A stretch of DNA of 24,000 nucleotides from Leptotrichia hongkongensis (GTDB lineage: Bacteria > Fusobacteriota > Fusobacteriia > Fusobacteriales > Leptotrichiaceae), in contig NZ_JBGORW010000001.1 of NCBI RefSeq assembly GCF_041538065.1, positions 54,790-78,789 of the forward strand. Reading direction: 5' to 3'. The position numbers and the translations under genes were made by a program. Of the stretch, positions 1 through 8,599 are shown piece by piece. The notes under the pieces were generated by a model. It did no database searches. It saw nothing but the letters and a program-made list of their open reading frames with translations, and had not been told where the DNA came from. How positions within the stretch are numbered: the stretch's first letter is position 1; every line of letters starts with the position of its first letter.

Positions 1-516
<516 letters not shown>

Positions 517-539
517 TTAACAAATATACTTAATTTATA

Positions 540-592
540 GGATTATCTCAAAAGGTTAAAAAATACACTTAACTTGTGAGATAATCTTTTTA
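540..592 (+). terminator. Putative intrinsic terminator after the GH4 gene
   Basis: The arm GATTATCTCA (541-550) pairs with TGAGATAATC (577-586) as a 10-bp stem and is followed by TTTTTATT. The loop is unusually long (about 26 nt), which lowers confidence. Confidence 0.45.
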
Positions 593-628
593 TTGATAAT
601 ATAAAAAAATTCTGAAAAAGGAGAAAAT

Positions 629-2377
629 ATGGATACAAAAAAATTAGATAAAAAATGGTGGAAAAAAGAAGTTGGATATCAAATATATCCAAGAAGTTTT
701 TATGATAGTAACAATGATGGAATTGGAGATTTGAATGGAATTATTGAAAAATTGGATTATCTAAAAGAACTGGGGATAACTCTTATCTGGATTTGTCCTG
801 TGTATAAGTCACCAATGGATGACAATGGATACGATATTTCTGATTATTATGATATAAATCCTGAATTTGGAACAAAGGAAGATTTGGAAAGATTAATTGT
901 AGAGGCGGAAAAAAGAGGAATAAAGATAATTCTGGACTTGGTAATTAATCATACTTCAGATGAGCATGAGTGGTTTTTGGAAGCATTAAGAAATCCTGAA
1001 AGTAAGTATAGAAATTATTATATTTTTAAAAGAGGAAAAAATGGAATGCCACCAACAAACTGGAGAAGCCATTTTGGAGGTTCTGCTTGGGAAAAAGTTG
1101 AAGGGGAAACTGATGAAAATGGGAATGAAATGTATTATTTACATTTATTTTCAAAGAAACAGCCTGATTTAAATTGGGAAAACCCTGAAGTTAGGGAAGA
1201 GCTTTATAAAATGGTAAATTACTGGCTGGAAAAAGGAATTGCAGGTTTCAGGGTAGATGCTATAAATTCAATAAAAAAAGATAAGGATTATTTAGATTTG
1301 CCTGTTGACGGAGCGGATGGTTTTGCATTTAGCATAAAATATACGTTAAATCAGCCAGGAATTGAGGAATTTTTAGGAGAACTGGCAAAAAAAACATTTA
1401 AGAAGTACAACTGCATGACTGTAGCTGAAACACCTTTGCTGGAATACGAAAGATACAATGATTTTATTGGTGAAGATGGATTTTTTTCAATGATTTTTGA
1501 TTTCAGCTATTCTGATTTAGATATGGCGAAAGAAGGTTTTTACTATTCAGTGCAGGATGTGAAAATTAATGAATTGAGAAAAAAATTTTTTGAAAGTCAG
1601 CTGACACAGCAGAAATATGGATGGGGAGCACCATTTTTAGAAAATCACGATTTGCCAAGAAGTTTGAATAAATTTTTAGGGAAGAAAGCAAATGAAATAA
1701 ATGCAAAATTACTTGCGACATTGTTTTTCTTTTTACGTGGGACACCGTTTATTTATCAGGGACAGGAAATAGGAATGGACAATTTTGAGAGAACTGATAT
1801 AGCACAGTTTGATGATATTGCCAGCAAAGATCAGTATCAACGTGCATTGGGAGAAGGTTTTTCTCCTAAAGAAGCGCTATATTTTGTAAACAAAAGAAGC
1901 CGTGACAATTCAAGAACACCTTTCCAATGGAATAGCAGTAAAAATGCTGGATTTTCAAAAAATGAAGATGTAAAAGCATGGATAGAATTAACTGGAAGTC
2001 AAGATAAAGTAAATGCAGAATCTCAAATAAATAATGAAAATTCAATTTTTGCCCATTATAAAAAAATGATTGATTTACGACAAAATGGAAAATATTCAGA
2101 TTGTCTGATTTTTGGGGAATTTATTCCAGTAGAATTAGAAAATGATGAAATAATCGCATATATAAGAAAATATAAAAATCAGCAAGTTCTTTGCATTAAT
2201 AATTTTTCTGATAAAAAACAGAGAGTGGATCTAAGCGAAATTGCTAAAAATATTGATGAAACAGAAATCAAGCTAGGAGATATTCTGATTAATAATTATG
2301 CGAATATTGAAAATGATGGAAAAGCGCTAATTTTGGAAGGATACCAAAGTTTGTTAGTGGAAATTCACATGTTATAA
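629..2377 (+). CDS. GH13 alpha-glucosidase (oligo-1,6-glucosidase / glucan 1,6-alpha-glucosidase subfamily)
   Basis: A 582-aa ORF with an SD (AAAGGAG) upstream of the ATG at 629. The canonical GH13 regions are visible: DLVINHTS, GFRVDAIN (nucleophile Asp), MTVAETP (acid/base Glu) and FLENHDLPR. The N-terminus WWKKEVGYQIYPRSFYDSNNDGIGDL is typical of the oligo-1,6-glucosidase group. Confidence 0.85.
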   Translation: MDTKKLDKKWWKKEVGYQIYPRSFYDSNNDGIGDLNGIIEKLDYLKELGITLIWICPVYKSPMDDNGYDISDYYDINPEFGTKEDLERLIVEAEKRGIKIILDLVINHTSDEHEWFLEALRNPESKYRNYYIFKRGKNGMPPTNWRSHFGGSAWEKVEGETDENGNEMYYLHLFSKKQPDLNWENPEVREELYKMVNYWLEKGIAGFRVDAINSIKKDKDYLDLPVDGADGFAFSIKYTLNQPGIEEFLGELAKKTFKKYNCMTVAETPLLEYERYNDFIGEDGFFSMIFDFSYSDLDMAKEGFYYSVQDVKINELRKKFFESQLTQQKYGWGAPFLENHDLPRSLNKFLGKKANEINAKLLATLFFFLRGTPFIYQGQEIGMDNFERTDIAQFDDIASKDQYQRALGEGFSPKEALYFVNKRSRDNSRTPFQWNSSKNAGFSKNEDVKAWIELTGSQDKVNAESQINNENSIFAHYKKMIDLRQNGKYSDCLIFGEFIPVELENDEIIAYIRKYKNQQVLCINNFSDKKQRVDLSEIAKNIDETEIKLGDILINNYANIENDGKALILEGYQSLLVEIHML

Positions 2378-2408
2378 AGATTTTACGGAAATATCGATAG
2401 ATAATTTG

Positions 2409-2514
2409 TATAGTAAAACTAGTTTAAAACAGAACTCAAAAATTATGACTATTTTACTCAAATCCTAAATTGTATAATTTCTATCATTTCAATTTTAAAT
2501 GGGTTCGAGTATAA
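2409..2514 (+). repeat. Intergenic structured repeat, copy A (about 105 bp)
   Basis: The sequence TATAGTAAAACTAGTTTAAAACAGAACTCAAAAATTATGACTATTTTACTCAAATCCTAAATTGTATAATTTCTATCATTTCAATTTTAAATGGGTTCGAGTATA is near-identical to 15757-15861 and 11976-12067, and to the reverse complement of 6778-6883. Confidence 0.75.
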
Positions 2515-2533
2515 TTTGAAAAATGTATAAAAT

Positions 2534-2582
2534 AAAAAACTGTCTTTTATTCTTAAAAAAGCAATATTGGACAGTTTTTTTA
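2534..2582. terminator. Putative bidirectional terminator between the convergent GH13 and Rep-like genes
   Basis: AAAAAACTGTC (2534-2544) pairs with GACAGTTTTTTT (2570-2581). The A-run and T-run flanks allow termination in both directions. The loop is long (about 25 nt). Confidence 0.45.
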
Positions 2583-2597
2583 TATGGTTTAATGAGA

Positions 2598-3788
2598 TTA
2601 AATTTCCTTTTCTAGTCTCATTTTTTCGATAATATTGCTTGGAAGATATATTTCAATAATGGACTTTTTGCTAGAATAATATTTTACAAAAATTCTAATA
2701 TATTTATTTGAAAATTCAAAAGAGTCATTATCGTTGAAATAGCTGATAGAATCAATATTTTTTAATTTAAAGTCATACATAAGTTCTTCAATTTTTGGAT
2801 AATGTCTTTTAATTTTGTTAAGTTTTCTTGTAAGTGTGTAAAATAGGACTATTGGTGATTTAACAGTTTTTGATACATTTACAAAAAGTTTTAGATTGTT
2901 TGAGGCTAGATTAAGCATAAGAGCCTTTTTCAAATTTTTTTCAAAATCTTTAGAATTTTTGGCATAATTTATATTGTCGTAGACGTATTTATATCCTCTT
3001 TTTGATACATAAAGTACAAATAAACGGTAAATTTCTTCAGGATTGGAAATTTTTTCTTTAATAAGTTCCAGCATTTTATAAATTTTATTATCAAAAGGTT
3101 TGTAGGATTGTTTTGATTTATTTATAGAAAAACTTATTGAGGTAATTTTATTTGTTGCTTTTTTGTGTTCTTTTATTTTTTCATATTCAATTGAAAAATC
3201 TGTAAAAGTATTTATGTCCAGTATAGCTTTTTTTAAAATATACTTTTCAAAATCAAAAAATCTTTCATATTTATCATTTGAGTTTAGGTAAGTTTTTACT
3301 AACGAAACTGGTAGAGTGATTTCGTTCTTATCTTTAAAGTTTTTAATAATATTGTTATAAAAACTGAATGAGAAAGAATCATTCATAAAAATAAATTTTT
3401 CAATTTCAAGAAGGGAAAAAAAGTTTTTTTTGAGAGAAAAGCAGTTTTTAAATTCTTCAGTAAAAAATATGTGACAATAATCAGAATATAAAACAAAAGA
3501 TGAAATGATTCCAAAGGAGCCTGAAAATTGCATATCTGTAGAAAAAAATATATGTTTTTCTATTAAAGCATTAAAAAATGGGGTAAAATCATTAATTGAA
3601 GGAAAATCGAGTATGGAAAGCAGTTCTTCAAATCTAATTTCAGCTTTTTCTAAAAATGATGAATCTGATGCAATTCTAAAGAATAATAATTTAAAAAAAT
3701 TTTTTTCATTTTTTGTTATTTTTTTTGAAAATTTAAGATTAATAGTATTTTTTAAATTTGTAAATTTTTCTGAAAAATAAATATCCAT
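2598..3788 (-). CDS. Rep_3/RepB-like replication-initiator homologue (tandem winged-helix pattern); function in this context unknown
   Basis: A 396-aa ORF. The central segment (FYNNIIKNF...ITLPVSLVKTYLNSNDKYERFFDFEKYILKKAILDINTFTDFSIEYEKIKEHKKATNKITSISFSINKS) matches by eye the signature of plasmid Rep_3 initiators: a Y-x-R-F-x-D-F-x(3)-[IV]L-x(2)-A-[IV]-x-[ED]-IN-x(2)-T-D-x(8-20)-[IV]-x-S-I-x-F pattern. This is not HMM-verified. Confidence 0.45.
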   Translation of the reverse strand: MDIYFSEKFTNLKNTINLKFSKKITKNEKNFFKLLFFRIASDSSFLEKAEIRFEELLSILDFPSINDFTPFFNALIEKHIFFSTDMQFSGSFGIISSFVLYSDYCHIFFTEEFKNCFSLKKNFFSLLEIEKFIFMNDSFSFSFYNNIIKNFKDKNEITLPVSLVKTYLNSNDKYERFFDFEKYILKKAILDINTFTDFSIEYEKIKEHKKATNKITSISFSINKSKQSYKPFDNKIYKMLELIKEKISNPEEIYRLFVLYVSKRGYKYVYDNINYAKNSKDFEKNLKKALMLNLASNNLKLFVNVSKTVKSPIVLFYTLTRKLNKIKRHYPKIEELMYDFKLKNIDSISYFNDNDSFEFSNKYIRIFVKYYSSKKSIIEIYLPSNIIEKMRLEKEI

Positions 3789-3985
3789 TCTATTCTCCTA
3801 ACTGACGAAAGAAAATTTATAAGTTTCGTTTAATTTTTATATTAAAATTTTTTTATTATAAAGTATTTATAATTAGACGAAAAAGCTAAATAATTATTCG
3901 TCTTTCTTTAATTATATCTTAAATTAAAGAAAAAATCAACTAATAAATAATATAAAAAATATTAAATTAATAATTAAAAATTTTT

Positions 3986-4014
3986 TTGACAAAATGAAAA
4001 ATGTGGGGTATAAC
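3986..4014 (+). promoter_or_regulatory. Putative sigma-70-type promoter for the TIM-barrel/PTS unit
   Basis: TTGACA (3986-3991), a 17-nt spacer, then TATAAC (4009-4014). It lies about 55 nt upstream of the SD GGAGGA and the ATG at 4068. Confidence 0.45.
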
Positions 4015-4067
4015 GATAGTGAAAAGCAGAAGAATTTAAAGATAGAGTTAAAATTGGAGGAAATAAG

Positions 4068-4964
4068 ATGGGAAAAAGATTATTAAGTTGTTTTACTAGT
4101 GATTTTAGTAAAATGTCAGGACAAGATTTAAAGAATGCAATTAAAGCAAGTGAAGGAAGAACAGTGCTTTCAGAAAATGTTACAGGAAGAAGAAGCGTTA
4201 CAGGAGATGTTACAAATAGCGAATTAGCAAGAGCATTTGGAGCAGATCTTATATTACTGAATGGATTGGATGTGTATAATCCTGTTATAGCAGCTTTGCC
4301 TGAAAGTGATGAACCAATAAAGCTTTTGAAAAAGCTTACAGGTAGACCAGTAGGTCTGAATCTTGAGCCTGTAGACTTGAATGCGGATATGATGGAGGAA
4401 ATAGAGATTATTCCTGAAGGAAGAATGTGTTCTGAAGCAACATTAAAAAAAATAGAGGAAATGGGATTTGACTTTGTATGTCTTACAGGAAATCCTGGTA
4501 CAGGAGTTACAAACAATCGAATTTCAGAAGGAATAAAACAGGCCAAAAAATATTTTAGTGGAATGGTAATAGCAGGGAAAATGCATTCAGCAGGAGTTGA
4601 TGAACCTGTCGCAAATTTAGATGTTGTAAAAGAATTTATTGAAAGCGGTGCAGATGTTATTATGCTTCCAGCTGTTGGAACAGTACCTGGCTTTACTCAA
4701 GATGAAATGATAAAGGCTGTAAGATTTATTAAGGAAAATGGAGCATTATCAATGTCTGCGATAGGAACAAGTCAAGAAAGCTCCACAAGAGAAACAATAA
4801 GACAAATAGCAATAATGAATAAAATAGCTGGAGTGGATATTCAACATATTGGAGATGCTGGATATTCAGGAGTTGCAAATTATGAAAATATAATGGAACT
4901 GTCAATCGCCATAAGAGGTGTAAGACACACAATTAGAATGATTGCTGCTTCAAATGATAGATAA
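4068..4964 (+). CDS. Conserved protein of unknown function, possibly a (beta/alpha)8-barrel; first gene of the PTS unit
   Basis: A 298-aa ORF with a strong SD (GGAGGA), non-repetitive composition and tight spacing to the EIIB gene. Alternating hydrophobic-strand and helix segments (ADLILLNGLD, FDFVCLTGNPGTG, VIAGKMHSAG, ADVIMLPAVGT) suggest a TIM-barrel. I do not recognise the family with certainty. Confidence 0.5.
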   Translation: MGKRLLSCFTSDFSKMSGQDLKNAIKASEGRTVLSENVTGRRSVTGDVTNSELARAFGADLILLNGLDVYNPVIAALPESDEPIKLLKKLTGRPVGLNLEPVDLNADMMEEIEIIPEGRMCSEATLKKIEEMGFDFVCLTGNPGTGVTNNRISEGIKQAKKYFSGMVIAGKMHSAGVDEPVANLDVVKEFIESGADVIMLPAVGTVPGFTQDEMIKAVRFIKENGALSMSAIGTSQESSTRETIRQIAIMNKIAGVDIQHIGDAGYSGVANYENIMELSIAIRGVRHTIRMIAASNDR

Positions 4965-5008
4965 AAATAAAAAATATTATAAATTATACATAATTGGAGG
5001 AGGATTTT

Positions 5009-5344
5009 ATGAAAAGAATATATTTGTTTTGTGCTGCGGGAATGTCTACAAGTTTAGTTGCAAAAAAAATGCAGGAAGTTGCAGATAAACATAATTTACC
5101 TGTTGAAGTAAAAGCTTTTCCTGATGGTAAAATAGATGCTATTGTTGAAGAATTGCATCCAGATATAATATTGCTTGGGCCTCAAGTAAAATTTAAATTT
5201 GAAGAAACAGCTTCAAAATATGAGCCAAAGGGAATTCCTGTAGCAGTAATTGATTTGGAAGATTATGGAAAAATCGATGGAGAACGTATTTTAAAAAGAG
5301 CAATAAAAATACTAAAAGAAAAGGCGGTAAAGGAAGATGTTTGA
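5009..5344 (+). CDS. PTS EIIB component, lactose/cellobiose/chitobiose family
   Basis: MKRIYLFCAAGMSTSLLV-type N-terminus with the phosphorylatable Cys (LFCAAGMSTS). I prefer the ATG at 5009 (SD GGAGGAGG at 4997-5004) over the TTG at 4994 used by the ORF track. The stop TGA at 5342-5344 overlaps the EIIC start. Confidence 0.85.
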   Translation: MKRIYLFCAAGMSTSLVAKKMQEVADKHNLPVEVKAFPDGKIDAIVEELHPDIILLGPQVKFKFEETASKYEPKGIPVAVIDLEDYGKIDGERILKRAIKILKEKAVKEDV

Positions 5345-6686
5345 TAAATTAGAGAAAATTTTAGGACCTTTGGCTACTAAATTAAGCAGTAATAAAGTTT
5401 TAACAGCAATCCGTGATGGATTTTTAGTAGGTACACCGTTAATTATAGTGGCTTCAATATTTTTAGTTATTGGGAATTTTCCAATTCCTGGATATACAGA
5501 ATTTATTGCAAAATTTTTGGGAAAGGGATGGGATGGACACCTTGATGCAGTTATTAATTCTACATTTGGTATAATAGCTCTTCTTGGAGTTATTGGTATT
5601 GGTTATTATTATGGTAAAGAAAAAGGAATAGAAGGTATTGCGGGAGCTGCAGTTTCATTAGTTGCATTTCTGATTATAAGTCCTCAGACACATCCGCTTT
5701 TTGTAGACAAGGAAGGTAAAGCTTTTAGCGGATTTGCATCAGGAAATTTAGGAACAAAAGGATTATTTTTAGCAATGATTACAGCATTGGTTTCTGTAAC
5801 AATATTTACGGCAATTAAAAATAAAGGATGGACAATAAAATTGCCGGATGGTGTGCCACCTGCGGTAATGAATTCATTTGCAGCATTGATTCCAAGTATG
5901 TTTGTTATGTTTACATTCTTTATAATAAGACTTGGGTTCTTGTTTTTTACAAAAGAAGGATATGCTCATGATTTTATTTATAAAGTATTACAGGCACCTT
6001 TGATGGGATTTGGTCAAAGCCTTATATTTGAACCTATTTATCAATTTTTGTCAACATTATTCTGGTTCTTTGGTATAAACGGTCCAGCAGTTACGAATAC
6101 TATTTTCAATCCTATACATTTAGCATTGACTGCTGAAAACCTGGCTGCATATAATGCACATCAACCTTTGCCTAATATATTCGCAGGACCATTTGGAGAC
6201 TTCTTCTGTAACTTTGGTGGTGGAGGAAGTACACTATCTCTTGTATTACTTATGATATTTAAAGGTAAATCAGAACGTATGAAAAAATTAGGTAAATTGT
6301 CTATAGTTCCAGGAATCTTTGGTATAAATGAAATGGTTATATTTGGACTTCCAGTTGTATTAAATCCAATTATCGCGGTACCATTTTTATTGGTTCCACT
6401 TGTTAATACGATTTTGTCCACAGCTGCCACTTTGTTAAATATTATACCTCGTACAACTGGAGTTTTACTACCTTGGACAACACCAATGTTCTTTTCAGGA
6501 TGGTTGGCTACAGGAAGTATAATTGCGGGACTTTTCCAAATAATACTGGTTATAATTGGATGCCTTATTTATTATCCATTCTTTAAAGTGCTTGATACAC
6601 AGTACTTGAAAGAAGAAACTCAACCAGTAGAACAAAATGAGAAAGATGATTTAGAAGATATTTCTCTTGATGATATCTCGTTCTAA
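5337..6686 (+). CDS. PTS EIIC permease, lactose/cellobiose/chitobiose family
   Basis: A 449-aa polytopic membrane protein with the N-terminal pattern (LGPLATKLSSNKVLTAIRDGF...P) typical of CelB/ChbC-type EIIC. Its ATG overlaps the EIIB stop by 8 nt, which suggests translational coupling. Confidence 0.85.
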   Translation: MFDKLEKILGPLATKLSSNKVLTAIRDGFLVGTPLIIVASIFLVIGNFPIPGYTEFIAKFLGKGWDGHLDAVINSTFGIIALLGVIGIGYYYGKEKGIEGIAGAAVSLVAFLIISPQTHPLFVDKEGKAFSGFASGNLGTKGLFLAMITALVSVTIFTAIKNKGWTIKLPDGVPPAVMNSFAALIPSMFVMFTFFIIRLGFLFFTKEGYAHDFIYKVLQAPLMGFGQSLIFEPIYQFLSTLFWFFGINGPAVTNTIFNPIHLALTAENLAAYNAHQPLPNIFAGPFGDFFCNFGGGGSTLSLVLLMIFKGKSERMKKLGKLSIVPGIFGINEMVIFGLPVVLNPIIAVPFLLVPLVNTILSTAATLLNIIPRTTGVLLPWTTPMFFSGWLATGSIIAGLFQIILVIIGCLIYYPFFKVLDTQYLKEETQPVEQNEKDDLEDISLDDISF

Positions 6687-6710
6687 TGTATAAATTTATA
6701 TTGAATAAGG

Positions 6711-6758
6711 CTGTTTCAAAATTAATTATAAAACTTGATTTTGGGGCAGTTTTATTTG
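6711..6758 (+). terminator. Putative intrinsic terminator after EIIC
   Basis: CTGTTTCAAAAT (6711-6722) pairs with ATTTTGGGGCAG (6738-6749) as 12 bp, including three G-U pairs, and is followed by TTTTATTTG. Confidence 0.4.
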
Positions 6759-6777
6759 TTATTAAAGACTATTCAAG

Positions 6778-6883
6778 ATATACTCAAACCTATTTTAATT
6801 TAAACTGCTAAAATTATATAAATTTATTGTTTGAGTAAAATAGTCATAGCTTTTGAGTTTGGTTTTAAATAAGTTTTACTATA
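6778..6883 (-). repeat. Intergenic structured repeat, copy B (inverted orientation)
   Basis: The reverse complement aligns along its whole length with copies A, C and D (for example ...TTTGAGTAAAATAGTCATAGCTTTTGAGTTTGGTTTTAAATAAGTTTTACTATA). Confidence 0.7.
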
Positions 6884-6950
6884 AAAAAGTATTATTGTTA
6901 ATAAATACAGAAAAATGAAAGCAGAATTTTGACAGAAAAGAGGAAAGATA

Positions 6951-7472
6951 ATGAAAATAGTTTTGTTTTTTGATCAGATTCAATCTGGAACAGGTGGAAA
7001 AGAAGGAGCTAATGTAGAACTTGCGCTGGAAAAAGGTGGAATGGGTTCGTACATGATGTTTTCTGAATATATAAAAAATATAGGTGGAACAGTGCTTGCA
7101 ACAACATATTGCAGCGATAGTTATTTTAAGGAAAATCAGGAGCTTGTCCTTGAAAAAATGACAGGTCTTCTGAATAAGGTAAAAGCGGATATTCTTTTGT
7201 GTGGACCATGTTTTAACTATTACAACTATGCAGAAATGTCTTCTATTCTAGCAGAACATGTAAAAAAGGAAACAAATTGTAAACCTGTAGTTGTATGTTC
7301 AGAAGAAAATAAAGAAATAATAGATAAATATAAAAATGACTTAGTAATGATAAAAATGCCAAAAAAAGGTGGAGTAGGATTACGTGAATCACTTCAGAAT
7401 ATGGCAAAAGTAATTAAGAAGGTTTACGATGGGGATAATTTATCAGAAGTGAGCGATTATATATATAAATAG
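6951..7472 (+). CDS. Small protein resembling the N-terminal domain of GrdB-type (glycine/sarcosine/betaine reductase component B) proteins; function unknown
   Basis: A 173-aa ORF with an SD (AGAGGA) 6 nt upstream. By eye, MKIVLFFDQIQSGTGGKEGANVE...TTYCSDSYFKEN...ADILLCGPCFNYYNY resembles the GrdB-family N-terminus (INQFF..GGE..A...CGD.YF.EN...PD....GPAFNAGRYG). It has no in-frame TGA and is much shorter than GrdB. Confidence 0.4.
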   Translation: MKIVLFFDQIQSGTGGKEGANVELALEKGGMGSYMMFSEYIKNIGGTVLATTYCSDSYFKENQELVLEKMTGLLNKVKADILLCGPCFNYYNYAEMSSILAEHVKKETNCKPVVVCSEENKEIIDKYKNDLVMIKMPKKGGVGLRESLQNMAKVIKKVYDGDNLSEVSDYIYK

Positions 7473-7604
7473 ATAGGAAAAAATTATCGCAAAATTAAAT
7501 AAAATATATAAAAAGCAGAAATTTTTACATTATTTTTGAATATCTTTGGGATAGTTTTATCTATTAATTTATCTGTATTGTCAAATAAAAGAAATGGAGT
7601 AAAT

Positions 7605-8594
7605 ATGAGACTAAAAGAATTATGTCAGTTAAATGGAGTTTCAGGGGATGAGAAGGAAGTATATGATTTTTTATATAATGAATATAAAAAAAGAAACCTT
7701 TCAATAATAAAGGACAGACTTGGCTCTATTTTTGGTCTTAAAAAAGGAAACAACTCGTCATATAAAATAATGATAAGTTCCAACATGGATGAAAGTGGAG
7801 GAATGATTTCAGACATTAGAGAAGACGGACTGATGGAATTTTTAACAATAGGACTTTATGAAAAAAGTCTGTTTGAACAGAGAATAGTAAAAGTGCTTAA
7901 TAGAAGACATGAAGAATATACAGGGTTTATAGTAAAAAATGAAAATGAACTTTTACTTGATACAGGATATGGAAGTAAAGCGGAAGTTTTAAAGGCAGGA
8001 ATTCAGATTGGAGATATTTTTTTACTTGATATTCCAACTTTATGCCTTCCAGAAGGAGAGATACTTTCTAAAAATCTTTCTAACAGGGCAGGGCTTGAGG
8101 TTGGTCTTACAGTTCTGGATAAACTGGAAGAAGGTAGCGAAAATCTTTCATTTGATGTAGCAGTAGGCGGGATATCCCATTCAGTAACAGGTCAGCGTGG
8201 TGCAATAACGGCAACGACTGCTGTAAAACCTGATATAGCTATTGTTATTGATGCAGCATATGTAAAAGAATCTAAAGAAAATGCCATATATATTCGCAGT
8301 TTTGATAAGTCAATGCTTCCAAATCAAATGTTAAAACAGGAATTTTATGAAGCTGCAAAGAAAAAAGGATATATTCCTGAAGGGCATGTTCAGCTGGAAG
8401 CAACAGACGGTTCTTTTATCCATAAGTCATTGGAGGGAACTCCAACAGTTGTGCTTGTACTGCCTTTAAAACATAAACAGGCTCTTCTAAATTCGTTAAA
8501 AGTAAAACACATAAATAATCTTAGTGATGTAATCATAGAGTTTATTAAGGGGCTGACTGCTGAAAAAATAGAAAAATTCGGATTTAAAGGGTGA
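7605..8594 (+). CDS. M42-family peptidase paralogue with degenerate metal-binding and catalytic motifs (probable pseudo-enzyme subunit)
   Basis: I prefer the ATG at 7605 (SD GGAG at 7596-7599) over the ORF-track start at 7536. The protein is collinear with the next gene's product, but the motifs differ: HMDEVG becomes NMDESG, FDNR becomes LSNR, and QEEVGLRGA becomes HSVTGQRGA. AIVIDAA is retained. Confidence 0.7.
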   Translation: MRLKELCQLNGVSGDEKEVYDFLYNEYKKRNLSIIKDRLGSIFGLKKGNNSSYKIMISSNMDESGGMISDIREDGLMEFLTIGLYEKSLFEQRIVKVLNRRHEEYTGFIVKNENELLLDTGYGSKAEVLKAGIQIGDIFLLDIPTLCLPEGEILSKNLSNRAGLEVGLTVLDKLEEGSENLSFDVAVGGISHSVTGQRGAITATTAVKPDIAIVIDAAYVKESKENAIYIRSFDKSMLPNQMLKQEFYEAAKKKGYIPEGHVQLEATDGSFIHKSLEGTPTVVLVLPLKHKQALLNSLKVKHINNLSDVIIEFIKGLTAEKIEKFGFKG

Positions 8595-8599
8595 GAAAA

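Noticed and set aside
4994-5008. N-terminal extensions in the ORF track that use TTG, GTG or far-upstream ATG starts: 4994, 7536, 8591, 13395, 14308, 15206 and 21763.
   Set aside because: In most cases an in-frame ATG further downstream has a properly spaced Shine-Dalgarno sequence and gives an N-terminus typical of the family. The extensions add implausible residues. The exceptions are 13356, which has no properly spaced SD and is preferred on its N-terminus alone, and 8591, which stays a live alternative start. The true starts remain unverified.
2409-6883. The segment bracketed by inverted copies of the 105-bp repeat (Rep-like gene plus PTS block), considered as a composite transposon or mobile cassette.
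   Set aside because: There is no transposase or integrase and no visible target-site duplication. The same repeat occurs at other unrelated intergenic sites in direct orientation. The PTS block appears functionally continuous with the peptidase genes outside the bracket.
6951-7472. Selenocysteine recoding (in-frame TGA plus SECIS) in the GrdB-like gene.
   Set aside because: The ORF has no in-frame TGA and terminates at a TAG, with no extended downstream frame. There is no sign of a selenoprotein.
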